DNA from: Mobula hypostoma
Lineage: Eukaryota
Direction of reading: 5' to 3'
Assembly (NCBI RefSeq): GCF_963921235.1
Contig: NC_086098.1
Span: 4,526,001-4,590,000 of the forward strand
DNA length: 64,000 bases
A program made the translations under genes and the position numbers. Under the pieces are notes generated by a model. That model searched no databases. It was given only the letters and a program-made list of their open reading frames with translations, and had not been told where the DNA came from. Of this stretch, positions 49,989 to 62,177 are shown in pieces (position 1 is the stretch's first letter; each line of letters begins with the position of its first letter).

Positions 49989-50690
49989 GGATGGGAGAGG
50001 AGAGGATAGGTACATGGATGGGAGAGAAGTTTGGATAGGTACATGGATGGGAGAGGAGAGGATAGGTACATGGATGGGAGAGAAGTTTGGATAGGTACAT
50101 GAATGAGAGAGGAGAGGATAGGTACATGAATGAGAGAGGAGAGGATAGGTACATGGATGGGAGAGGAGAGGATAGGTACATGGATGGGAGAGAAGAAGAT
50201 AGGTACATGAATGAGAGAGGAGAGGATAGGTACATGAATGAGAGAGGAGAGGATAGGTACATGGATGGGAGAGGAGAGGATAGGTACATGGATGGGAGAG
50301 GAGAGGATAGGTACATGGATGGGAGAGAAGTTTGGATAGGTACATGGATGGGAGAGGAGAGGATAGGTACATGAATGAGAGAGGAGAGGATAGGTACATG
50401 AATGAGAGAGGAGAGGATAGGTACATGGATGGGAGAGAAGTTTGGATAGGTACATGGATGGGAGAGGAGAGGATAAGTACATGGATGGGAGAGGAGAGGA
50501 TAGGTACATGAATGAGAGAGGAGAGGATAGGTACATGGATGGGAGAGGAGAGGATAGGTACATGGATGGGAGAGAAGTTTGGATAGGTACATGAATGAGA
50601 GAGGAGAGGATAGGTACATGAATGAGAGAGGAGAGGATAGGTACATGGATGGGAGAGAAGTTTGGATAGGTACATGGATGGGAGAGGAGA
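49989..50690. repeat. Purine-rich minisatellite of 27/29-bp units derived from the CR1 3' end
   Basis: Units ggataggtacatggatgggagaggaga, ggataggtacatgaatgagagaggaga, ggataggtacatggatgggagagaagttt. Confidence 0.95.
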
Positions 50691-53589
50691 GGAAGGCTAT
50701 GGTCCGGGTGCAGGTAGATGGATAAGATAGTAAAGTGGTTCTGCATGGACTAGATGGACTGAAGGGCCTGTTTCTGTGCTACAGTGCCCTATGACTCTTT
50801 GACAATAGAACCCATTAAAAAAGACTGTCAAACACTCAATGTGCAGAAGAAAAAACAGTGCAAACAGCAAAAGCAAACAACAGAAATTCATGAAAGTGAC
50901 TCCACAGCCGTGAATCAGTCATCACTGTAGCCCATTAGTTGCAGGCCATAGTCTAATTCAGCGCAGAGATGAGAAAACCTCACCAAGTACTGAGCTGAAC
51001 CGGCCCGGCCCTTGGCTCCGGCCCCGATACCCTGACATTTTCAATCTGGCCCAGCACTTAAACCGCCCAAACTTTGCATTGTTCCTCGCTCGCGGACTCA
51101 GGCTGATACATTTATTTTGAACTTTGAGATGTTGCATTATGGTAGCTCGTCCATAAGTCAAGTAACCATAAACTATAACCTGGGGGAAGTCCACATTACA
51201 ATGCTTTGCACCCTGTATAAAAGTATAACCAGTTACTGTCCCTCAGGCTGAGAACCTTTCACTCCAGACCTTTTGTTGTCTTTTTCCCTTTTGAAAATGA
51301 CAACACTTACTTGAGGGTTTCTCATGCTGTTTGCTGTCTGGGATCAAACGTCTCCATGCATAAGCCTGGGCAATTGAGTGCTAGAAACCAATTGAACTGT
51401 AAAGAGCAGAAGCAGCTTGTCAAAGTCTCCCAATATAAACCAGTAGGTAGCCTCGGCATCTCAAATTTATCCTGAAATATACATTCAAGGAAGATGCCAT
51501 TCAGTAAACCACTGGAGACAAAGATGAATAGCTAATTACCCCTGGAGACCAATAAAGAACAAACAATTATGACAGATGCTTCTCTTACCTTCCAATCACT
51601 TCTCCGATGACACATTATTTGCGAAGCATGAATACCTCAGAGAGACTTTCTGACAGATCAGGAGTTTCGTTGCAGTTATGCATCAGCAGTCTGATGGAAA
51701 TGAATTCTAGATTCATCATACATACAGAAGTAATTTAGTGCAATCTATTTCAAATGGCAATGCTGGGACTTTTAAATCTAGTATTCACTTAACTGATCAC
51801 CTACTGCTTATTATGCAGAGAAAGAGATGTCTCTGTTTCACAGCAAGAGGGGAGACATAACAAACAACTCAATGGTTTACGATGTTAAAAGTCCATTGCG
51901 TCGCTTTCTCCAAGCTCTGTGCCCAAAGATCGTGGGTCTCTGGGCACACAGCCAGAGATCTTCCAACTCCCACGACACACCTGTCTTCTGTCTGGACACC
52001 GACCTCCGATTCCCCCGTCTCCAGAGCCATGAAAACTCGAAGGTGAATGGAGCTCTTAGGCCGAGCCCTTGGCATGCCGAACAATAGCCAGTTGTGAAAC
52101 CTCGAGAGCGGGTCCCATTCCCACAAAGAACTGAAGTCAGCATGTGACTCCAGATCAGGGTCTTCAAAAGAACCCTGGAAAGGAAAAATAGAAATGTTAA
52201 AGATGGAAATGGAGCTGCTTCCGAAGATGCAAGGAGTTGCCGTTACGCACCACTAACCTGCCTAAGCTCTGCCTTCTTGCGGGCATACTCTACAAATCTA
52301 TAGAATAATAACCATAATAGAATCAACAGAAGATTAGGGCATTCAACTGGAATGCAGAAGACAACAAACTGTGCAAATACAAAAAGAAATAATAATGCAT
52401 AAATAAGCAATAAATATGAAGAACATGCGTTGAAGAGTTCTTGCAATTGAGCCATTGGTTGTGGGAACATTTCAATGATGGGGCAAGTGAAGTTGAGTGA
52501 AGTTATTTCCTTTGGTTCAAAAACCAGATGGTTGAGGGGTAATAACTGTTCCTGAACCTGATGGTGTGGGTCCTGAGGCTCCTGTACCTTCTTCCGGACA
52601 GCATCAGTGAGAAGAGAGCACATCCTGGGTGATGGGGGCCCCTGATGGTAGATGTTGCTTTCTTGCTACAGTGCTATGTGTTGATGTGCCTCATGATTGG
52701 GAGTGATTTACCAGTGAGGGCCATATCCTGTATTTTTGTAGGATTTCCTATTCAAGGGCATTGGTTTTCCATACCAGGCTGTACTGGGGTTAATAAACTT
52801 GATCCTGAGAAGAGAGTCTCTCGCTCTCCATTTTACCCATGTATCTCTGTCAAATAGCCTCTCATCCTCCTTCACTCCAAAGTGAAAAGCATTAGCTTGC
52901 TCAACCCTTCAATAAGAGACATGCTCTCTAATCAAGAAAAATCACCTCTGCAGACTCTTTAAAGCTTCTACATCCTTTCTGTCATAGGACGACGAGAAAT
53001 GAACACAATACTCCAGGGGTGGTCAAACCAGAGTTTAGTAGAGCTGAAACACAAGAGTTTTTTGAGGATATAATGAGTGCATTGAATAGAGGGGGACAAG
53101 TGGAAGTTGTATACTTGGAGTTCCATAAGGCATTCAATAAAGTGCCACACAAAAGACTTATCCATAAGCATGGAGTTTGAGGTAATATGAGGGCATCCTT
53201 CAGTCAGGTTGACCCTGGATGTTGTATACTAGCTGTCAAAATATGAAAGGAGTTGCCAGTCCACGTTGAACTCAATGTAGGACTGCCTTAGGGACTCCAG
53301 CTTGGATTTTTCCTTGGGATTTATTCCTGCAGCCTTCCCCATTAGTGTGTATAACTGCAAGGCAGCGGAGGTTTGAGATTAGAGTTTGCCTATTCCTAGA
53401 TGAGCTGCCAACCACGGCTGATAAGCCCTATCTGCCCAAAGCAACTGGTTTTAAGGTGCCAGTAACCCACCTTTGCCCCTTCTCCTGTCAGTAGAAACGG
53501 TTCCAGCGTGCTGAGTGGTTAATCCACGCGTGAAGGCCAGGAGCTGGACTTGTTTGTCAGAGGCTATTTGAGATAAATGCCATTAGGAG

Positions 53590-55020
53590 TGTAACGCTCA
53601 GTTATATTGGCTTGTATATGTCTAGGAGAAATCCCACCCAGCACCTGCCTCAAAGCTTCCCACGGAGTCGGTTGCCGCCCGAATCAATCCCAAACATCAA
53701 TCATCAGCCAGCACACCCAGTACGTTTTACCAAGTACACTTTCTAGATATTACTAACTCTATGTCAGTAATATAAATTCGATACAGAAAAGGAAGTAATG
53801 GGAAAAAAGGTGCCAACACTTATCAAAGTCCAAGTTCTTCGCACGCTACCGTTGGAGCTCAATCGAATCCGGACGATCACCCGAATCCTGTCGACTCACA
53901 GCTCGGGATCGCCTGGAGTGATCGACCGGAGACTTTCGCACGTCCGCGATCCTCCCCGTCTCTCTGCCGTCCTCCCCGTCTCTCCGCCGTCCTCCCCGTC
54001 TCTCCTCCGACTCCCCACCTCCCCTCCGACTCCCCGTCTCTCCTCCGACTTTCCGCCAAAAACCCCGTCCGCCGTCCTCCTCGTCTTTCCTCCGACTCCC
54101 CATCTCTCTGCCATCCTCCCCGTTTCTCCTCCGACTCCCCATCTCTCCTCCGACTCCCCGTCTCTCCTCCGACTTCCCACCAAAAACCCCGTCCGCCGTC
54201 CTCCCCGTCTCTCCTCCGACTCCCTGTCTCTCCTCCGACTCCCCGTCTCCCCTCTGACTCCCCGTCTCTCCACTGTCTTCCCCGTCTCTCCTCCGACTTC
54301 CCACCAAAAACCCCATCCGCCATTCTCCTCGTCTCTCCTCCATCCTCCCCGTCTCTCCTCCGACTCCCCGTCTCTCCTCCAACCCCCTGTCTCTCCTCCG
54401 ACTCCCCGTCAAAAACCTCCGCACGTCCGCCGTCCTCCCCATCTCTCCACCGACTCCCCATCTCTCCTCTGACTCCCCGTCTCTCCGCCGTCCTCCCCGT
54501 CTCTCCTCCGACTCCCCGTCTCTCCTCCGACTCCCCTCCAAAAACCCCGTCCACCATCCTCCCCGTCTCTCCTCCGACTCCCCGTCTCTCCACTGACCGC
54601 CCGTCTCTCCTCCACTTCCCCGTCTCTCCACCGTCCTCCCCATCTCTCCCCCGACTCCCCGTCTCTCCTCCGACTCCCCGTCTCACCACCATCCTCCCCG
54701 TCTCTCCTCCGTCCTCCCCGTCTCTCCCCCGACTCCCAGTCTCTCCTCCGACTCCCTGTCTCTCCACCATCCTCCTCGTCTCTCCTCTGACTCCCCGTCA
54801 AAAACCCCGTCCCCAGTCACATGATACAGCATTGTCATCCGAAAACAAAACGATACATGACCCCCCTTTGGCTAATAGCACCCTGCTGTCTGTATTAACC
54901 CAAACAAATGTCTAGCTAGAGACTGTCTCAGCATTTAACATAACAAAGAAGCATTCTCCAGTATAACATAACAAAGAAGCCATTTTAAATTTAACATACA
55001 AAAAAGAAAGACCCCATACA
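53590..55020. mobile_element. Solo LTR (1431 bp) with internal minisatellite
   Basis: TG...CA termini and exact 4-bp TSD GGAG (53586-53589, 55021-55024); host element rejoins cleanly when removed. Confidence 0.85.
53940..54812. repeat. C/T-rich minisatellite (~19-bp ccccgtctctcctccgact core with higher-order blocks)
   Basis: Directly visible; blocks punctuated by caaaaaccccgtccgccgt. Confidence 0.95.
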
Positions 55021-55834
55021 GGAGCATTTAGTAGGTAGTGGGAGCTTGTCCCCATTTCCTCCCCGGCTATAACAACCTTAAGGAACCTGAGGTGATGTAT
55101 TAGCAAAGATACAGACTTGGTTAACCAATAGAAGGCATTGAGTTAGAGTAAATGGGTGCTTCTTGGGTTGGCTGTCAGGGGTGAGCGGTGTGCCACAGGG
55201 GTCGGTGCTGGGCTCGCAACTGTTCACAATGCACATTAACGATCTGGAAGAGGGAACTGAGTGGGGAGTATCTAAGTTTGCTGATGACATTAAACTGAGT
55301 GGAAAAGCAAATGGTGCAGTTGATGTGGAGAGTCTGCAGAGGGATATAGATAAGTTAATTGTGTTGTTTCTAATTATCTTCAGATCCAGTGTTGAGAGGG
55401 GTTTTGGAGTGGGCTGGTGGCATCTAAAACTTTATAGTCACGATTACCATTTGAAGTTTGAGGAAACTTGTTACGTCACCAGAGACTCCAGAAAACTTCT
55501 ACCAATGTACCATGGAGAGCACTCTAACTGGTTGTATCACTGTCTGTACGGAGGGGCCACTGCACAGGATCATAAAAAGGTGCAGAAAGCTGTAAACTCA
55601 GCCAACTCCATCGTGGACACTCGCCTCTCCAGCATCCAGGACAGCTTCATAAGGCAATGCCTCAAAAAGGTGTCATTCATCATGAAAGACCCTTACCAGG
55701 CAGGGCAAGTCCTCTTCTCATTACCATCATCAAGGTGGAGGTATAGGAGCCTGAAGATGCACACTCAGTTATTTAGGAACAGTTAATTTCTCTCAGCTAT
55801 CAGATTTCTGAACTGGCCATAAACACTGCCTTAC

Positions 55835-55990
55835 TCACTCTTCCTTCAGTTAGTCCTGACGAAGGGTCTCGGCCTGAAACGTCGACTGCGCCTCTTCCTA
55901 CAGATGCTGCTTGGCCTGCTGCGTTCACCAGCAACTTTGATGTGTGTTGCTTGAATTTCCAGCATCTGCAGAGTTCCTGTTGTTTGTGTT
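55835..55990 (+). mobile_element. Penelope-like pLTR
   Basis: cttcagttagtc-hammerhead-..agatgctgc..ttccagcatctgcaga; inverted homologue at 62178-62295. Confidence 0.8.
55852..55887 (+). ncRNA. Minimal type I hammerhead ribozyme, intact core
   Basis: AGUC-CUGACGA-AGGGUCUCGGCCU-GAAAC-GUC-GACU: stem I AGUC/GACU, CUGANGA and GAAA boxes, GUC cleavage triplet, palindromic ACGU stem III. Confidence 0.8.
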
Positions 55991-57699
55991 TAAGCTCACT
56001 ATTTTACCCTCTTTTTGCACTATTTGTTTTTTTTAATATGCTATTACCATAATTTACAGTATTTTTATGTAGTATACTGTACTGCTGCCACAAAACACCA
56101 AATAGCACGATATTGGTCTGTGATAATAAATCTGATTCTGATGCCATGAGATTCTCTGGCTGTAAGTGTCAGTGATCAGATGCTCAGGATTCAGTTCCTG
56201 CCGGGGTCAGTGAGTTTACCATTTGAAGTTTGAGGAAATTTGATATGTCACAAGAGACTCCAGCAAATTTCTACAGATATACCATGAACAGCACTCCAAC
56301 TAAAAGAGAGTTTGTACATTTCAGCTGTGATTATGCTAGGTGACAGATTTCAGAGTGGATGTCAATGTTTAAGTGCAGAAATCTCCTATATTGTTCCCTG
56401 CTAAAGTTCAGGTAAAATGATTGCTTGCTGGTTACCCTGGGAGATGTGTTCCTCTGCCTAAAGCCTTTCCCTTGAGTTTCATCTTCGGCTCTCCTCCAAC
56501 AACTTGCCCATCATCCTGTGTCCTCTGCTTATTCTATCAGATCCTGCTTTATTACAAGGACTGTACACAACAATTCATCCATATCTGGGATCGGATGGTT
56601 GGGGCAGAAGCCTTGGTATATCCAGGACATCTTCTAAAGGTGGCATCCATCATTAAGGATCCCCATCACCCAAGACATGCCTGCTTCTCATTGATACCAT
56701 TAGGGAGGAGGTACCGGAGCCTGAAGATTCACTCTCACTGTTTCAAGAACAGCTTCTTCCCCTCCACCATCAGATTTCTGAATGGACAATGAACCCATGA
56801 ACACTACCTCAGTAGTTTTTTTTTCTGTTTTTGCTCTCTTTTTTGCAGTACTTATGTAATTTAATTTAATTTAGTTTCTTATTTTAATTGATAGTTTTAT
56901 CATTATGTGTTGCACTGACTGCTGCTGCAATACAACACATTTCATATCATATGTCAGTGATGTTAAACCCGATTCTGGTTCTCACCTCCGAATGAATCCA
57001 CCGGTCCACACTGAAAAGCTCGATCTTAGACTAAACCATAAAAATAAAGCAATTCACATAGCTTTACTCACTGTTATTGTAGCTGGTGCAAGATGCAACT
57101 GTTGCTAAGCAATACTGGATTTAGTTTGGACTAAAAGACAAGCATCAAACAAGAAATCACAACTGATTAGCCTTGCAATATGATAATGAATTCCAAAAGT
57201 ACCGTTATGAGATATACACGTTTCCTTTGCAAGCAGATCTGTAAAGCTAATCCTTGGAGTCCATTTACAGAAAGATCATTTAGATCAAACAATTAAACAA
57301 TACAGTCTTTGATCTTTGGAACACTCTAAGACATTGTCAGGAATGATATCTAGAACACTATAGCTCAGTACAAGAACTTCAGCCCATGATTTTGTGCCAA
57401 CCTTTTAATCCTTTCCAAGATCAATCTAGCCCTTCCCTCCCACATACCCTTCCATATTTCCATCATCTATGTATCTGCCTCTTCCACCACCTGTGGCAGA
57501 GTGTTCGTCCCTCCCACATACCCCTCCATATTTCCATCATCTATGTCCCTATCTAAGATTCTCTTAAATGACTCCAATATATCTGCTTCTTCCACTACCT
57601 GTGGCAGGATGTTCCTCCCTCCCCCATAACCCTCCATTTTTCTTTCATCTGTGTACCTATCTAATAGTCTCTTAAATGGCCCTGAAGTTTCTGCCTCTA

Positions 57700-60600
57700 C
57701 CTCCCTTACCTATTAACTGCTCTCAGTGGAGTGTGCCTCAAATAGCCTTTGACAACCAAGTCCAGCTCCTGGCCTTCACGTGTGGCTTAGCTACTGTTTC
57801 TACTGTCTGGAGAAGGGCCAAAGACGGGCTACTGATGCCTTAAAACCAGTTGCTTCAGGCAGACGGGGTTTGTCAGCCGTGGTTGGCAGCTCTTCTAGGA
57901 GAAGGAAAGCTCTGATTTCAGACCTCTGCTGCCTTGTGTCTCTACCCACTCACGGGGAAGGCTTTGTGAGTAAACCCCGAAGGAAAAATCCATATCTGGA
58001 GTTCCTACGGCAGTCCTATGTTGAGTTCAATGCTGACTGGCAACTCCTGCGATGCTGCTGATACCAAACTGTATTGGTCTCTGCTGTTTCTTTGGGTTCA
58101 TCAGCTGCGTGGAGAAGGGTAGCAACATGGAACATCTGTACACTTTACCAGAAAGGAAAGTTGGATAACACATTAAATGAAATGAAAGGTTGGAAGTTGA
58201 TATCTTAGGTCTGTCAGAAATGAGATGGACCTATGAGGCAAATTCACTAAGAATAGTTCTCTGATAATGTATTCTGAAGGTTAACAGCATATGTATGGAG
58301 TTGGAATTATTTTAAACAAACAAGTATCAAAATGTCTTATGGGATATTGGGTGATATCCGATCAGCTGCTTTTAGTTAAATTAAGGGGTAACCCTTTTAA
58401 CATTAGCATAATCCAAGCCTACGCGCCAACAAGTGATGCGGATAAAGAGGATATCAACAAGTTTTATGAAGATCTCGACAGTGCTTATGAGCAATGTAAA
58501 TCTCAGTATATAAAACTAGTCATGGGAGATTTTAACGCCAAAGTTGGACAGGAAAGGGTTGATAACATCATAGGACCTTTGGATTAGGGGAGAAAAATGA
58601 AAATGGAGAAAGGGTTTACTGAATGGTGTGTCAGAAACAACCAAGTCATCACCAATACTTGGTATAAAAACCAACCACATAGGTTGTGTACTTGGATTAG
58701 CCCTGGAGATAGAACAAGGAATCAAATAGATTTCATTACCATCAATGAACGCTTTAGAAATAATATCACAAATTCTAAAGCTACCCAGGAGCAGACTGTG
58801 GTTCAAATCACCATCCAATTATAGCTACCATTAAAACAAAATTAAAGAAACTGAAACGTGGAAAAAAGAGAAAGAAATGTATGTTGGGAGAACTTAAAAA
58901 TGATAGCATACTTAAGCAACAATTCAAAACAGCTATAGAAGAGCACCTCAACGAAAACGAAACAACACCTATTTGGGACAGATTTAAATATGCTATACAA
59001 CAATCAGCAGAGGAGATAACCCCAGTACAAAAAATCCAACACACCAACAAGGGGTGGATAACCCAAGAAATTCCAGATCTGATGGAACAAAGAAGGTTAG
59101 TGAAGAATACTGAAGTACAATACAGACAGCTAGACAGACAGACCAGACAATTGTGCAATATTGCAAAGGAAGAATGGCTGAATCAAAATGCAATGAAGCA
59201 GAAGGCCATATTAACAACAGCAAAGAAATGCACAAGAAAATTAAGGAAATTACTGGAATTAAGAAAACCTCCTCTACAGGATGCATAAGATCAGCAGACG
59301 GATCCATATTAACAGATCCAGATAAAGTATGTGAGAGGTGGATTCAGTATATAGAGCAGCTTTTTGAAGATAATAGAGAGGAACCCCCAGATATTAAACA
59401 CCCTAATTCTGGCCCACCTATTATCAAAGAAGAAATAACTAAAGCAATGAAAAGCATGAAACATGGAAAAGCCACTGGACCTGATGAAATTTCAGTGGAA
59501 ACAATACAAGCCCTAGAAGATCTGGGCACAGATATTCTTTTTGAACTGTTTAATGGCATATATGAGTCTGGTGTATTGCCTGATGATCTTTTGAACTCAG
59601 TATTTATAACTCTGCCAAAAATTCCTGGAACTATTGACTGTGAAAACTACAGAACAATCAGTCTTATGAGTCACATAATAAAGATTTTGTTGAGAATTGT
59701 TCTGAGTCAAATTAAAAACAAGTTAAGACCAGAAACTTCTAAACTACAATATGAGTTTATTGAGGATAGAGGAACTAGGAACACAATTTTCATACTACAA
59801 ATGCTTTCAGAAAGGGCAATTGAAACTCAAAATAATGTCTTTTTATGTTTTATTGATTTCACTAAAGCATTTGACAAAGTGCAACATGAAAAATTATTTC
59901 AAATTCTCGCTAAACTAAACATTGACAGAAGGGACCAACAATTGCTTCAAAATTTATATTGGAACCAAACGGCGGCGGTAAAAATTGATGATAATACAAG
60001 CAGTTGGACTAAAATTCAAAGAGGAGTTAGACAGGGATGCGTTGCCTCACCAGAATGATTTAATACCTATAGTGAAATGATTCTCAGAGAATCAGAAGAC
60101 CTAAATGGGATAAAAATTGGAGGTGTTAACATCAACAATATCAGATCTGCAGACGATACCGCCCTAATAGCAAGTGCTGCAGAAGACCTACAAATCCTCC
60201 TAGACAAAGTAGTACAAACAAGTGCAGATTTTGGTCTAACTATCAACTGTAATAAAACCAAGTGTATGGTAATATACAGCAGGATACTCCCAACATCGGT
60301 AACCAAGAGATTGAACAAAAGACCAGCTTTAAATACCTTGGTAGCTTTATATCACAGGATGCTAGAAGTAAAGTAGAAATAAAAAGAAGAATTGCCATTG
60401 CCAAAACCAACTTACACAAAATGAAACCCATTTTTACCAACTGACACATTTGTATGACAACAAGGCTTAGACTACTAAAATGTTACATCTGGTCTATCTT
60501 GTTGTATGCTTCCAAAACATGGACTATAACACCAGAACTCCAAAGAAACTTAGAAGCAACAGAAATGTGCTTTCTTAGAAGAACGCTGAAAATATCATAT

Positions 60601-60905
60601 AGAGATAGGGTAACTAATGAGTACTCCAACATGCCCATACAAAAACATCTTTAATGAAAACATTAAGTGAGAGGAAAGTTAAATTCCTGGGCCATGTCGT
60701 TAGAAAGGGAGAAATAGAATGCCTTACGTTACAAGGCCGTATGCCTGGGAAACGCGATAGAGGAAGACAAAGAAAAAAATATATGGACACTGTGAAAGAA
60801 CTAACAGATCTAAGTGTGCGAGATATCATTGACGCTGCATGGGATCCTTCGATGTGGAAAGCCACGATCACCCAAGTGTGCAACGCTCAAGGCACATGAA
60901 GAAAA
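57700..60905 (+). mobile_element. RTE-clade LINE, near full-length, decayed
   Basis: ATWNI, YGVGIIL, IIQAYAPTS, VMGDFNAKVG, RNQIDFI endonuclease; GKATGPD, NYRTISLMSH, FIDFTKAFDKV, RGVRQGC, SADD; single broken ORF; 5' part carries a deleted family-B HDV-like motif. Confidence 0.9.
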
Positions 60906-61358
60906 AGGTTTAAAATTACGTCCCATGCCGCACAACCTTCCATGATGTTCTTTTGAGGAAACTGCAACAAAGATCTGAATACTTAACATTATGCAGAGAC
61001 GTGAACACTAGTACAAGTTTGCAAAATCGGGCAATGTCACGGTTGCTACCATCAGTGATGGTGTTCCAGTCTCACCCTAGAGACCCAAGCAGAAAATAAA
61101 GATGACACCCTGGGTAGTGCTAAGAGAGTTCTACACTTTGGAGGTAATTCTATCTTTGGTGACAAGTTAAACTGGTGCTCAATAAATGCTGATAAAGAAT
61201 TGGAAACAGTAAGTACATTCTAGTTTCTGGATATCAACATCTCTGAGGATCTATCCTGGGCCCATCATGGGCACTAACCACCCCAGCATGAAGGCGTCTT
61301 TTCCACATTGAATTGCTTGAGGCATTCAAGATTCAAGATTGTTTAATGCCATTTCCTG

Positions 61359-61840
61359 TAGTAGTAGTTGTCTGTCGTGTCTGACAATGGCAGGATTTCT
61401 TAAAGCGCACTGGGGCAGTTCTCTCTCTCAAACCTCAGAAATCCGGGTCCAGTGTCACAAACTGGGATTGTCCTTGGTTGCAATGGATGACCATGACATC
61501 TTCTGTACCTTGCCATGTCCTTCGCTCTTCATACAGCATTGCAATATCGCCTTCCTAGCCATTGGAGCTCACTGTAGATCTCGTCTGGCCAGTCCACATA
61601 GCTAACTTCACATGCTAGGACACTGGGATGTGAGGCCACTGGCTACCCTCACCTGGTTTAGCGCACCTGTGGAAGCGGTGTACCGGGATGCAGCCACTGT
61701 CACATGCAAACAGCTACTTGGAGCCACAGGTGAGAGGTGAGTGTCTGGTGGGGACCAAGGGTGAGTGAGCTGCCCCAGAATGGACACAACAAGCCCCTTC
61801 ACCAGGGCTGCTACCCCTCCCTGGACACTCCACACACCCC
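61359..61840 (-). mobile_element. Non-autonomous RTE-type element (482 bp) with HDV-like head (family A)
   Basis: 12-bp TSD tgccatttcctg / tgtcatttcctg (61347-61358, 61841-61852); (ACT)n tail; no tRNA-like head. Confidence 0.8.
61646..61840 (-). ncRNA. HDV-like self-cleaving ribozyme (family A)
   Basis: P1 GGGGUGU/GCAUCCC, P2 CUCUCACCUG/CAGGUGAGGG, P3 GGC/GCU, L3 UCCAAG, P1.1 CC/GG, P4 CACC/GGUG, J4/2 CUAA. Confidence 0.75.
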
Positions 61841-62177
61841 TGTCATTTCCTGCACACAAGTGTAAAGGAGACTAATATAATTGTTTCTCTGGATCCGATG
61901 CAGCATTGAGCAAAACACAAAAGATAAAGATCCTAACCTTTCACTCCATTGTCACCCTACTCCAACAAAATTCAAAATTGTTTCATGTCATTTCTAGTAG
62001 ATAAGTGTAAAGGAATAAGACCATTTTTTTTGCTGCACAACAACAAATTTCATGACAAATATCAGCGATAATAAACCTGATTCTGATTCAGATTCTAATA
62101 TGGGGACCACGCAGGAAATTATATGATTGGCCATAATCTTACTGAATGATTAGGTTCAAAGGTTGTAAGGCTCAGTC

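Larger units (their letters stand above)
45920..50795 (+). mobile_element. Old CR1 fragment hosting two younger CR1 insertions and a minisatellite
   Basis: Host pieces at 45920-46225, 46980-47536 and 49984-50795 read colinearly as the CR1 RT 3' half. Confidence 0.75.
53189..55087 (-). mobile_element. Non-autonomous RTE-type element (~465 bp net) with HDV-like head (family B), inserted in a CR1 and interrupted by a solo LTR
   Basis: 11-bp TSD tgaggtaatat / tgaggtgatgt (53178-53188, 55088-55098); 5' end GGTTCC; body similar to 36643-36925 and 57700-58050. Confidence 0.8.

Noticed and set aside
49909..50746. Long ORFs in several frames
   Set aside because: Artefact of a stop-free minisatellite
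53798..54801. Pro/Ser-rich and Arg/Gly/Glu-rich ORFs
   Set aside because: Translations of the LTR-internal minisatellite
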